Shown: positions 41,853-55,595 of the stretch, one piece after another
Layout of the letters: every line of letters starts with the position of its first letter
Numbering within the stretch: position 1 is the stretch's first letter
NCBI GenBank assembly: GCA_951406725.2
Contig: OX597818.1
Span: 63,178,001 to 63,242,000, forward strand
From: Octopus vulgaris
Taxonomy: Eukaryota
DNA length: 64,000 bases
Direction of reading: 5' to 3'
Translations under genes and position numbers: made by a program
The notes under the pieces: model-generated
Seen by the model: only the letters and a program-made list of their open reading frames with translations
Database searches by the model: none
What the model was told of the DNA's origin: nothing

Positions 41853-42068
41853 TTGTATATGTGTATATATGTTTGTGTGTCTGTGTTTGTCCCTCTAGCA
41901 TTGCTTGACAACCGATGATGATGTGTTTACGTCTCCGTCACTTAGCGGTTCGGCAAAAAAGACTGATAGAATAAGTCCCGGGGTCGATTTGCTCGACTAA
42001 AGGCGGTGCTCCAGCATGGCCGCAATCAAATGACTGAAACAAGTAAAAGAGTAAAAGAGTAAAGAGTA
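41656..42068 (+). mobile_element. tRNA-like SINE with internal (TA)/(TG) microsatellite and (AAAGAGT)n tail
   Basis: Head aggcgcaggagtggctgtgtggtaag..gggttcagtccc; many copies in this window. Confidence 0.85.
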
Positions 42069-42412
42069 ATCACCTAATAAGCTCGTTTGGCTTTTCTTCG
42101 CAAATTATTCGAAATAACCGGATATGATGAAATATCAATTTAATTTAATTTCAAGTCATTTTTACTTCTCTTTTAACGTGATTAAGTCTTCTTAAAATCA
42201 TTGACACCAGTAGCATCGTTTGATACAATTATACAGGTATTCTCCCTAATATCCGACTATCAAACTATTTTCGTTCTTGTTTTATTATACATGAATATGG
42301 AAATAAAAAAAAATACCGATGTGCAGCCAGTTCAATAGGAGATTGTAGATTAAGTCATAACATATATATACATACATATATTAAGTCAGAACTTATATAT
42401 ATATATATATAT

Positions 42413-42607
42413 AGGGGGAGTTTACGAAAAAACAAAAGACGAAGACAGGTGGTGTACAAAACAAACAGATGTATGAGTATAACGCTCAGGAATAGAAAAA
42501 AAAAACTCTTTTACGTTTCGAGCCTACGCACTTCTACAGAAAGAGACACAGAAAAAACAAGGAGTGAAGAAAATGTGTGTAGTGGCTAATGATCCATCAT
42601 GCCGACT
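42413..42607 (-). mobile_element. Second copy of the hammerhead-like repeat, inside (TA)n
   Basis: Matches 37441-37655; TA tracts on both flanks. Confidence 0.6.
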
Positions 42608-42625
42608 GATATATATATATATATA

Positions 42626-42694
<69 letters not shown>

Positions 42695-42696
<2 letters not shown>

Positions 42697-43420
42697 AATT
42701 TGTGAGTTACTTCTGTAAGGCTGAAGATTTTCTTCGTAGCATAAGACCTTTTCTTCCAGTGTTAGATTATTACGACTGAAAACGTTACGTTTGGTATAGT
42801 TGTCATTTTCCAGTCACGCATGATTTGGGAAATGTTTCAAATGCCATTTTTGATACATATAAAATCATATCCGCTTTCACATCAGATTTTCCAAATATTA
42901 CTAAACAGGTACAACTATCGGTTCAATCATATCTGCCAAGGGATCTATTTGCATCTTGGGATAACTTGGTTAAATGCTTGCATGTGATGCTCGTACAATC
43001 TACATATGGTATTATTAACATTTCTCAATTTATTATTTGTAGTTGTTTGTGGCGATTTAGTTTTCAAGTAGCTACAACCAGAGATAGGGTTCTTGTTAAT
43101 ATGCTTCAAGTACATTCACCACAGAACGGTCTGTTTCTATATTTCTCTGCAAATAGTTTTATATTTATATTTTTGGGTATATTATTTTCTGTTCCTTTGT
43201 TTTTTATATATATTTTCAGAGTTATTATATATTGAGATGGAATTTGTTTACTCATAAAAAGGGTTAAAAATCCATGGTTATGCATTTCAGACAGTCTAAA
43301 CATAAGACGCAGAGAGACATTCAGGCATATTGAAATTGACCTTGATGTGATAGCTAAATTTGGAAGGGAAGTGAGAGTGTGTGGCTGTACATGCACGAGA
43401 CGAAAATGTGTTCTCTGGAC
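42695..43420 (-). mobile_element. Possible degraded Penelope-like fragment
   Basis: Abuts (TA)n; LIIPYV-like motif on the minus strand; weak similarity only. Confidence 0.3.
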
Positions 43421-44028
43421 CCACTGTGGGTGACAGAAAAATGTGAACTCAGAAATATTTGGACTCTTAACTCATAAGGCCGAATAATTTACTACAGTCC
43501 ATTCTATTTGACACAATACAGGTTCGGGAAAATAGGTTCACTACAAATTAGCTAAACAATAAAATAACAGATTTCATATAATTCATGCTCTGGAAACATC
43601 ACCATCAAACAATATAAAAGAGTTCTACCATTTCGCAATCGACATCAAATAAAATAACTCAGCATATGTCATTAAATAACCAATAGCTTTATTATAACAC
43701 CAAATCATATAAACCCCATTTTATGCTGCTGTTAGCCATTACTAGAGAATAAAACCACACGTATAATAGAAACCATAAACGACGCTCAACAAAGTAAAGG
43801 AGATCAAATTGCACATGAATTTACCAAGAGAAAAAATAAATAGTAAAAACAAGACTGCAAACAAGGAACGGAACACAACAACAATATAAAAATGTTGCTG
43901 AATACAAACACAATTGTAAACTCACAAACATGAATGCAGAGAAGATCTGAGTCACAGGGAGATGCACTTGGTGCTGCAGTAGGAATTTGATCAAAGAATT
44001 GTTCAAAGAATACCGCTTGTGTGCATGC

Positions 44029-44042
44029 ATCTATCTATCTAA

Positions 44043-44120
<78 letters not shown>

Positions 44121-44125
44121 CGATA

Positions 44126-44216
<91 letters not shown>

Positions 44217-44247
44217 GTATGAATATATATATCTATATATCTATATA

Positions 44248-44292
<45 letters not shown>
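44029..44292. repeat. (TATC)n plus (TA)n compound array without insertion
   Basis: Direct inspection. Confidence 0.95.
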
Positions 44293-44293
<1 letters not shown>

Positions 44294-45003
44294 TGAATGA
44301 ACGAGGGAGAGAGACAGAGAGAAAGAAAGATAGAGGAAAGGTAGAGAGAATGCAACTGTTGTTGAAATTTAGATAACTTTACGGGAAGAATTTACTTTCC
44401 CAATTGTAAAGTTTTGATGATGAAGATGATGATCATGATGAAGATGTATGTTTGTGTGTGCGTGTGTGTGAAGTACTTTTTGAGGGAGCATGTCGTAACA
44501 AACTACTGAAATAATGACAGCTATAAAATTGGTTGTATATGAATAGAGGGAGAAAGGGAGGAGAAACGAAATAAGATACGAATAGAAAATATCCACACAC
44601 CTGTGTGTATGTGATGCAGTTGTATATGAATATTTGTGTATGTAGTCTGCTGGACACTAAGATGGGTGTGCGGTCAAGTTTGCTTTGCTAGCAAGTCGTT
44701 TTGTGTTCAATTCCTTCTTTTGAGGTTATAAGGCATTGTCAAAAATAATGTATGGCGTAGTAGTTAAGAGCGCGAGCCACTGCCCACAAAACTGAGTTAA
44801 ATATTGCGTTACATTTCGCACAATATTTTGCATGCAATGTGGGCAGAAACGGAGCGGCAGAGAAACAATAGGTACGGATTTTGTAGTTGTAATATATTCA
44901 TGCTTCATTTTCTTTTGTCTTTTTATATATATAGATGTATAAATATATCTACACACATGGACACAAACACATTCATACAGACATACATGCATACATACAT
45001 ACA

Positions 45004-45058
<55 letters not shown>

Positions 45059-45333
45059 CCCTCACACGTGAGAGATGTCATCGTAGAATATACGAACAGC
45101 TTAGATGGGCTGGGCACGTTTCCCGGCTCACCGATAATCGGTGGAACCGCACTGTTGTCGAGTAGTACCCGAACGAGCAGAAACGACCACCCAGAAAGCC
45201 TCCATACGGTGGAGTTACGATTTTAGGAAAGTGATTGGGACCACGTGAATTAAGAGAGGAGTGGAAAGTGTGCTGTGACCAGCGTTGTCAAATGGACGCC
45301 CCACAAACTGGTCGTTCAAAATGATCAAGGTGG
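45059..45333 (+). mobile_element. RTE-clade LINE 3' fragment within (TA)n
   Basis: EQLRWAGHVSRLTDNRWNRTVVE*YP..KRPPRKP; TA tracts on both flanks. Confidence 0.7.
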
Positions 45334-45690
45334 TATATATATATATATATATAGGTGTAGGAATGCTAGCAGTTCTGTTAGACCGTCCGATGTCGCTGGT
45401 CGTATTGCTGTAACGGGTGAGTTTTTCCCCTAGCATTTCTAGATCTATAGGACATATTATATTGACAAGGAAATGAACCTTCGGTTCTAATCCAGAAACG
45501 AGTCGTCTATAATTAATCCATAGGCTGGGATTTCGTTATTTTCTGCCTTTTTTGCCATATACAGCTTACAAATTCTGTTTGTTTGTGGAGACTTTTTACT
45601 GGTAGAGGAAATGGTGATCAATTTTGGCTGCTATTTCTAATATTTTCCGTATGTGGTTTTGAGCAACTTGTTGCATTTAACCCTTAATTA

Positions 45691-45721
<31 letters not shown>

Positions 45722-46035
45722 GAGGCCCTTTGTATGAAATTGTTCCTTCAATGCTTGGCCACATATGTTGGTTTATTCATTTAGCCCAAACAAATCTGTC
45801 CGGCAAATAAAAACCAGAGAAGAGCACTGCATGTATGAAATACCGCTGCTGTCGGTTTCTGAGAAAGAATTAATAAATAACTGATATTTAATATTTATAT
45901 ATATGTGACTGTATGCGTGTATTAGCTTTGCCTTTCTACGGGCACTTAATATAGGTCGATTTCTTTGAATCATTGCATTATTAGGCTTTGCAGGAGTATT
46001 GTGTCTTCATGTTTTCCTCGTATCTTTATAGTATG

Positions 46036-46243
46036 TTCTACTTTAAGCACAAGGCTCGACATTTTTGGGGAGGGACCACTAGATTAGATCGCCCCCAGTA
46101 CGCAACTGGTTTTTAATTTATCGAATCAGAAAGGATGAAACGAAAAGTCGACCTCGCCGTAATTTGAGCTCAGAACGTAGACAGATGATATATCGCTGAG
46201 TATTTCGCCCGGCATGCTAACGTTTCTGCCAGCTTGCCTCCTT
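46036..46243 (-). mobile_element. SINE of the same core family, tail type 2
   Basis: Matches the head and core of 12864-12997 and the tail of 12412-12450. Confidence 0.8.
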
Positions 46244-46320
46244 ATCGTATATTAATATGATATGAACAAGTAACGTGCGAAGTAAACGTGACCAACAAGA
46301 ACAAATGTCAATTATATATT

Positions 46321-46580
<260 letters not shown>

Positions 46581-47548
46581 TTTATGCATACATACGTAAG
46601 ACAGTCATCCGTATATATATATTATTATGCATATATAAGTAAGCACAAAAGTTCACCTGTTGCGCGGGGGTGTACCATGAAGGTCCATGCGTTTCTATAC
46701 TGAATATATAAAGTATGAATATATATATGAAGGAGATTCAATGCTAATTTTTTGAGGAAATTATAATTCAAATATATTAATTTAATTTGATTATTATATA
46801 TTTTATTAATAGCTGAGTAAGACTCAATTTATACAATAACACACTGGATTATAACAACGTTTTATTATACAAGTTCTAAGTATTGAAAATTGCCATAGTA
46901 GTTTATACTTTATTATCGATGTTCGCCGTAAAGTTATGTAAAGCTATTTCGTGCATTCATTGGGGAATTATTTTTCAGGTAAGAACTCATTGTCTCTTGT
47001 GAAATATATTTATATTTCAGCTCTGAATGCAGCAGAAAATTGTCATATCTCCTCTTATTTGCTGTTACAAAGGACCGTGTACAATGAATGAAACAACTAA
47101 AATTGGAGGAGATATTGAATAGAATTCTGTAAATAGCATGGCGCACTTTTATTACGCTATTTAAATTATGCTTTCCTTAATAATGAAACAGGACAATTTC
47201 AAAGCTTGATAAAATAATGAAATGAGTGTTTTTCAAGCTGCTTTGGTTGTAACAAAATTTATGGAGGCGAAGCAAATGGACAAAAGACAGATAGATGTAA
47301 TAAGTTTGAATAATTTGAAAATTGTGCAGTATGAAATGGATCTTTTATAAATGAATAAAAAATAAATTTGAGTCGGCAACTGAAGCAAATGGAATGCTGT
47401 TAAATGTGAGAAAATGGCAGAGATGCATGATTTTCCCCCAAAAATTAAATGTATATAAGTAGGGAGCGCTTTCATATTTAGCAGCGAATAAAGATACAGC
47501 AATCAAGGCGTAAGTAATAATAGTAGTGCTTTGGAAAATAATATTTAA

Positions 47549-47768
47549 CCTTTTAGTGTTCACATTATTCTGCCAAAATTAATCCTTTTTTATCCCCATT
47601 GTTTTGAGCTAATCAGGCATTATGTTGTAGCTTTGAGATTTTGATGAGGTAGCTGTTAATTTTTAAAATGATATTGTAGGTTTGTGTGAGAGACCAGATC
47701 TGGTTAGTTTGAACAGAAAACAGGCAGAGTACTTTTGGCCGGATATGACCTGTTTAAATGCTAAAGGG
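47549..47768. mobile_element. piggyBac-type MITE
   Basis: TTAA on both flanks; imperfect TIRs ccttttagtgttca / taaatgctaaaggg. Confidence 0.65.
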
Positions 47769-48168
47769 TTAATGAGACATCTAGGAGACTAAATGACATC
47801 ATATTTATAAGGATTAAAATGGTTCGAGATGTAGGGAAACTTTTTAGTTTCCAGGAATACAACGAAGTATCGATCAGAATGTTTCAACAGCATGTTTGCA
47901 TTACGACGTTAAAGATTTTTAAAATACATCAAATAAGAAAATAGACAATTAAAATTACCAGAAAAGCATGTCTTGGATGTGCATAACACTAAGCTTTACA
48001 AAGACAATAATTCACCCCGGGTAAATCGAGATGGAACTGAACGGACCTGAGTACTCGAAATAGCATTGTATACCTAGCAGTAGTAGCAACAACTTATTGG
48101 GAGTCGTATCAGACAAACCACCATAAGTTAAGCAGATGCAGGTTTGTCTAATAATCTCAGTTGTTGCT

Positions 48169-48818
<650 letters not shown>

Positions 48819-50215
48819 CATATCAAAGCTCACAGCTTATTTTGCTGGGTGTGATGGAAAGTTTCAGCTACCACAGTCAGCAGATTGTGGTGACACTTGT
48901 TTACTGGTCATGCTTAAAGAAGTTCCAAGCAATACTGACTTTTGTAGGTGATCTACTTTCACACTTGCACCGAGCTTTTTTCAGCCATGCCGGTAGTTGT
49001 GTGCTGACACTTACAAGTACACCAATTTCTATTGGTATCACTTCTACTCTCTTCATTGACCACAACATTCGTATTTCCCACTTTAAATCTTAAATGTTGT
49101 TTATTTTTTATTTATTCACGTTCTTCTTGTTGTCACCGGGGTATCCAAGGTCGATAATCATACATGTTCTATCTTTTTTATTCACAACAATGCCCGGATT
49201 CCAATGTCTGGTCAGGTAATTGCACTGGATCATTGCATCCCACAGGATTTTGCAGTTCTCATTTTCGTTGACTCCTGGAGTTTATTCACACCACGTCTTG
49301 GATCTTTGTAAGCCGTGATTGCCACAAAACTTCCAATAGAACATTCTTGCCACATTTATCATGGCGTCGTTTGTATTTACATTGCGTCAATTTCGGTCAT
49401 TCACTAACGATGTACCATACCGTTTCACCCTTCTCGCCACACATTCAGTATTTTTCGCTATCTGTAGCGTTGTCAACTTACTCCTTCACGCTTGTTCCTG
49501 AGCTGCGCATATGAGTGCTTCTCTCTCTACCTTCCGGTCACCCCCACCCTGATCCATTGCCACCAGTCCTCTGTATCTGAGTTGGCGTTTACATCTTGCA
49601 AACTATCCATACATTTTTCTCTCCGTGGTTTTTCTTTTTGGGTTCATTTCTTGTTTAAAATTTTCTTCAGTTGCTCAATTTTCAGTTTAAATGACGCTTG
49701 TCTTCTTAGTGTGTTTTAACAGTGGCTCCGTGGCTTTTCTGATATTATACACTAGGCTGTTTTCTTTTGCTTCGCTACAGTCCGAGCAACTGATCAAACC
49801 TCTCCCACCTTGTGGAGGCTGAACAAGTGTAGCCTAACGGTGTCACTATCAGTGGAAGGCTCTGTGTACTGTCAACGTTTTTCTGTTCTTACAATTCATT
49901 TCACTTCTCTCTTTTGCTATTTTATAATTCCCGCTCCATACCAAACTGATGCTATCGCCTACTAATTAGCAGCTTGTATCTTATTCCATCCAGGCAATTT
50001 CGAGCGCAGCACTAATCTCAGTCTTCGGAAATGATCTATCCTCTGTTACTCTTTCATTTCGTTTTCTATTACCTCGTTGCATTCCATTACGCTAAGTTAT
50101 TTATATTCTTCCGTTTCAGTTTGTTTAATCAAGTGATTACATCCTCGCTGGGGAGTGCACCTTGCCTCTTTTTAGGTAGATTACTCTGCACTTCTTCAGT
50201 CCAGCTCAGGTCCCA
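48819..50215 (-). mobile_element. Degenerate R4/Dong element (RT C-terminus, CCHC, restriction-like endonuclease)
   Basis: Minus-strand remnants: GLKKCRVIYLKRGK; RRLRLVLRSKLPGWNKIQAAN; GRGLI; MCGEKGETVWYIVSE..YKRRHD; ILWDAMIQC..CMIIDLGYPGD; LQKSVLLGT. The 3' end abuts (TAA)n. Confidence 0.8.
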
Positions 50216-50680
50216 GCTTATTCCTGGCAAGATTTATGTCTGTAGTGGGTTGCTGCCTGTAACATTATTTATCCACAATACTTTCAAATGTTTAAAACCC
50301 ATCTGGTAATCCTTGCTGTCTCTAAGAGACAAACTTTCTGTAGGAGCTCTACATGACTTTATATTTCAATCTCCTTCAGCGATTTCTCTATATTTTTGCT
50401 TACTGTTCCCAATGCACAAATTATTATAGGCTCGACCTTTACTGTTTTCATACTCCAAATTTTAAGGGATTGCAATCTCTTTGATTCTCATCTTTCCTCT
50501 TTCTTTACAACCTTGAAATCAAACAGACATGATGGGTTGATTAATAAGCAATGTCGCTTTTCCTTAGCTATAATTGTTATGCCCGGTCTGTTATTTTCTA
50601 ACTTCATGCCTGTTTGAACAATAACTTACATCTCTCTGACACCAGGGCTCATTCTACTCCATGATTGTATCATATATTTC
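50216..50680 (-). mobile_element. Third R4/Dong 3' fragment (endonuclease C-terminus)
   Basis: Minus strand reads ENNRPGITII, VEPIIICALGTVSKNIEKSL and VELLQKVCLLETARI. Confidence 0.7.
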
Positions 50681-50899
50681 CAGCTTCGAATCTCCATTTC
50701 TGGCACAGATAATATTTCGTGATTAAAAATCGATGTCTAATGTTGACGACGATGGCGGAAAGACATTCTTGCGTTACCGAAATGTTTAGGAATGCTGCTT
50801 CAAACGTTATTTGAACTAGTTTGCAACGAATCCCAGTGTATATCAATGAGCGAATATTCGACTCTGCCACGAAACATTTTGCAATATTTCTACAATCGT

Positions 50900-51137
50900 A
50901 AGGCGATGAGGTGGCAGAATCACTAGGACCCCGGGCGAAATACTTAGTGGTGTTTCGGCTGCCGTTACATTCCGAGGTCAAATTCCGCCGAGGACGATTT
51001 TGCATTCATCCTTTCACAGTCGATTACTTAAGTACCACTTACACAATGGGGCCTATATAATCGACTTAATCTCTTTGTCTGTCCTTGTGTGTCCTCTCTA
51101 TGTTTAGCCCCCTTTGGACACTAAAGAAATAATGAAC
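50900..51137 (+). mobile_element. SINE of the same core family, monomer with Tx1-like tail
   Basis: Head, core and tail ...ccttgtgtgtcctctctatgtttagccccctttggacactaaagaaata; 15-bp TSD tatttctacaatcgt / tatttctacgatcat. Confidence 0.82.
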
Positions 51138-51921
51138 TATTTCTACGATCATCTTCTACTGGGTAGCTATTTCGTCAACTGATATCTATACATAATACAG
51201 ATCACACTTAGCGTGATCGAATTTAATTTAGTGGACTCAATAATTTTTAGTCCTTGCGAAATGTTTTGTGATTGATGCAAAAATATTTAATTTATTCGTT
51301 ATTGAAATATAATATTCATAATGTAAAGAAAGATCTTTGATTAAAATATGGAAGTAGCAACAGGCTAGTAGTTGTGCTAGAGAAAATTTATTTGGTAAAT
51401 ATTAAGCTTAGATCTTTATCATCAGTAATATGCGGTATTAATAATTTATTAATAATATCAGTAATATACGGTATTGATAATTTTAATTGATTTTCTATTA
51501 CTGGCCTTATGCATCCAACAGAATTTCAAATTATTTTAAATTTCTCTTTCATACAATTACCCTTCAGTGTTAAATTTTACTACCTTTGGGCGACACTCAT
51601 CAGAATGTATAAATTTTACTGTTAATCTAGTTATTTATTTGAAGTTTTTTATTGTCCCAATAATACCGAAGTAACACCATTATCTCTCCAAAAGTTTCTC
51701 CACAAAATATAAAATATAACTTTGGTGACCTAAAATTTATTTCGCTAAGGACACGGATATTTTTGTTTTATACACACATGTTTATATACTTAATTTTAAT
51801 ATTCAGGTATTTATTCTCATATTTTCCTGATGTACGAGTAATCTAAATCATACACATTATATGACTCCAAACCCCTAAATATATATTTAAAAAATCAAAT
51901 TATAAAAATGACATGTAATTA

Positions 51922-54184
51922 CACTGGTCAGCAAGTATTTTTCATCAACCATGTATCAAGATGTATTAATGCAGTTTCTAATACTGATTTCAAATATATA
52001 ATTAGTTTTTTGACATCACGTATACTTTTCAAGATGAGAAAGTGTTTTGGTTTTGGCTCATGCATTATATAGAAATTTAAATTGCTGACGTGTATGCATG
52101 TACTTCATTTACATCATGGAAACATACCTTTAACATAAACTGAATTATTCTCTGTTGTACAATCCAGATGCAATATTTCATCGCCTTAAATTAACCAAAC
52201 AAGTTTTGTCTGAAGAAATATGTATTTTAGCAACTTAAATTGTCCAGTCGTATTTGGTCTGAAGAAATAATTCCTCATCACAAATTCAATACAAGTACAA
52301 GCGTTTGTATTTATTTTCTTACTTGGTTAACTTGTTTTACAGTGTTAACAATATACATACAGTGTAGAAATTGTCCTGATATGTTTTGTTACGTAAGTGG
52401 ACAATTTATTTTGAAAGCTCAGAATCGTACAATAACTCCAGAGATCAAGAAGGTTTGTAAGCTACTCTGACTGTCCTCTTGAAGAATAGACGAATTTGTG
52501 GGTACCATATTATATCTGCTCAGCTTACTGTAATCGCTTACCTGACTAGTTCATTAAGAAGAAGTCCATGCATTTTGCCATTCCAATGACATGGACGGAG
52601 CCGATAAACCAGTTTAATGGTTGTTAGTTTTGTAAAGTAAACGTCACAGTATTTTCTATAAAGAATAAGCACAAAATTGCGTGTTTCAATGAGACCTGTG
52701 CCTCGCATTAGGAATCTGACAATTCCAGTCCCACCAATTGATAGTATTAACACATCAGACAAAGTTGCTGAGTGTCACGATAGTGCTGATGAGGAAAATT
52801 ACGTGGCTGATGACGTTAGCTTTGAACCTATCCCTGTCAAAAGATAAAGTAGAACTGTTGGCGTCAAGACTGAAGGAGAAGTGTCTCCTACAGCAAGGTG
52901 TTCGTATAAATGTGGATCTACAAACGTTCTACTCTGTTGAAAGCCCGCTTTTAGATTGCAGTAACATCGATGGACGTTTCTAATGTCTATCACAAAATCA
53001 TGATCCTGCTGAGTGACGTTTGTTTACTGACTCTTCAAAGCGAGGTTTAAAAGCTGTATGTCATCATAATGGTAATTTGAAGCCCTACATTCCAATTGCA
53101 CACTCCGTTCGTCTTCATGAATCATATGAGAATATGGAACTTTTATTCCATGCACTTGCCTACGAAAGATCCTAATAGAAAATATGTGGAGATTTAAAAG
53201 TCATTGAAATGTTAATTAGAATGAAGTTAGTTTTCACAAAATACTGTTGTTTCTTGTGTCTATGGGATACTTTGGCGACTGACAGACATTATTCGGAATC
53301 AAACTGGCAGACAAGAACATCATACAAGCCAGGACTATTTAGCGGGAAGTATACACCACTTGTATATCCATGAATGCCCTATTGTCTCCTTTGCACATAC
53401 AACTTGGACTGATGAAACAGTTTTTAAAGAAACTAGGGAAGAGAAATAACGGAAGTGTTGAGTATACTGTAGAGAAGTGTCCAAAAGTCACACTAGCGTA
53501 GTTGTAAGAGAGTGTCTGACCCCAAATTAGAGAAGTTCTCAAAGATGTCCTCTTCAAGACAACATTGGGCAATCTGTAACTGCCTGCCTAGAATGATTTC
53601 AATTGGATCTGTGAGAATGAGAATTTCTTGGATAACAAAAAGGCAATGGACTACAAAGATGGCATCAAGAATCTTCTGAAATGTTACTCAGCAATAGGTT
53701 GTCGCATGTCAATGAAAGTTCACTTCTTGGACTCTCCTCTGGATTTCATTACAGATAACCTTGGAGTAGCGTATGATGAACATGGTGAAGGATTTTTTTA
53801 TGGAGAAAAGGTACCAAGACTTCTGATATACTGGCTGCCTACTGCTGGACGCTTTACCGTGATCAGCCAGATCAGGAACACTGCTGGAAATCCAAATCAC
53901 AATAATTTTAATTTTGTTCTTCTGTGTCTGTTTTGCCTGACCTATTTTATGTGTATTCACTCGGTAGAATGATGGTTATGATTTTTAACTCAGTAAACGT
54001 CTTATTTATTACGTTAATAATTTCATACCTACAAATATGTAAATATTTGAATGCATCAACTGAAAACCTGATACGTGATGCATACAAATGGAATGAAATT
54101 TTGAAACCAGCGTGTAACATTAGTCTAAAAAAAATTGCTTTGCGTTCACATTCAGTGTAATATATTTAATTCTGTTGACCAGTT
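51922..54184 (+). mobile_element. Degenerate Chapaev3-type (CMC) DNA transposon
   Basis: Left end tta|cactggtcagcaa and right end tgttgaccagtt|tta, consistent with a 3-bp TTA TSD; transposase remnants inside. Confidence 0.7.
52360..53900 (+). pseudogene. Chapaev3-like transposase pseudogene
   Basis: CRNCPDMFCYVSG; LSKDKVELLASRLKEKCLL; LFTDSSKRGLKAV; ICGDLKVI; KYCCFLCLWD; PLHIQLGLMKQF; MSMKVHFLDSPLDF..NLGVAYDEHGE. Many stops and frameshifts. Confidence 0.75.
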
Positions 54185-54617
54185 TTATCAAAAACAGATT
54201 CTATCCCCAAAAATTTATTGAATTTTACTTTGAAATGTATGAACATGTCACGAGACGGAATCCTGAATCAGTGTTAAAGATTTCAACTGTAAGAGATAAA
54301 CAAACTCGACTAAATGCCTGCTTATTAGGGAATTCTATATTTAGCGTGATGTATCTTTTCAGAGAAAAAAAATATTATCCACCTTATATAAAACATGCGT
54401 ATAATACAGAATACAACATACACGAATAATATGTGTGCATGCCTGTGCATAGATATATACATCCATACGTACACACACACACACATACACATGCTCACAT
54501 ACATATATATGTATACGCATACATATATTCACATATATATTCACAGACACCACACACACACGCTCACACACACACACACACACGCATACATATATATATA
54601 CATAATATACATATATA

Positions 54618-54781
54618 CGATAGGCTTCTTTCAGTTTCCGTCTACCAAATCCACTCACAAGGCACTGGTCGGCCCGGGGCTATAGCAGAAGACACTTGCC
54701 AAATATGCCACGAAGTGGGACTGAACCCGGAACCATGTGGTTGGTTAGCAAGCTACTTACCACACAGCCTCTGCTGTGCCT
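54618..54781 (-). mobile_element. Internal-microsatellite SINE, 5' half
   Basis: Matches the head of the 41656 copy; continues into TA/CA repeats at 54430-54617. Confidence 0.8.
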
Positions 54782-54799
54782 ATATATATATACATATTA

Positions 54800-55235
54800 A
54801 AGCGCAGGAGTGATGTGTGCTGACCAACCACATGACTCAGGGTTTCAGTCAAGCTTCTTGGCGTCTTGGGCAAGTGTCTTCTACTATACCCTCGGGTTGA
54901 CCAAAGCCTTGTGAGTCTATTTGGTAGACGGAAACTGAAAGAAGCCCGTCGTATATATATATATATATATATACATATTTGGTAGACACACACACACAAA
55001 TATATATATGTGTGTGTGTGTGTATATTTTGGAGCATCTGCATTTGTCCTCCCTGTATCGCTTCACAACTGATGTTGGTGTGTCTATAGATCCCCATAAC
55101 TTAGCATTTCGGTAAAAGAGCTCGATAGAATAAGTTCTCGGCCTACAAAGAATAAGTCCTGGGGTCGCTTTGCTTGACTAAAGTTGGTGCTCCATCATGG
55201 CCGCCGTCAAATGACTGAAACATAAATGAATCAAC
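54800..55235 (+). mobile_element. Internal-microsatellite SINE, full length
   Basis: Matches 41656-42068; head-to-head with the previous copy. Confidence 0.8.
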
Positions 55236-55502
55236 GAATATAGTATACACACAAACGCACGCACACACATATACATATAAAAGGCGCACATGCTTATTTA
55301 TGTTCGTCTTAACTGGTTTCTCATTAGGTAATGTCCAGTCATAGTTACCAATGAAAGCACAATTTCACATTTTCAGGTCATGACGATATGAATAATTTAG
55401 TTTTATGAATCACCATTTTGTTAGAGAGTGAGTGAGAGCAAAAGAGTAAGTAAACTCTATGAAAATAGAAAGCGGAGTAAAGGAATCTCAAGTTGCAGCA
55501 TT

Positions 55503-55519
55503 TATCTATCAATCCATCC

Positions 55520-55595
<76 letters not shown>
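55503..55595. repeat. (TATC)n array 5' of LINE copy C
   Basis: Direct inspection. Confidence 0.97.

Noticed and set aside
51421-51484. 36-bp tandem duplication; similar short one at ~6411-6445
   Set aside because: Ordinary slippage duplications.
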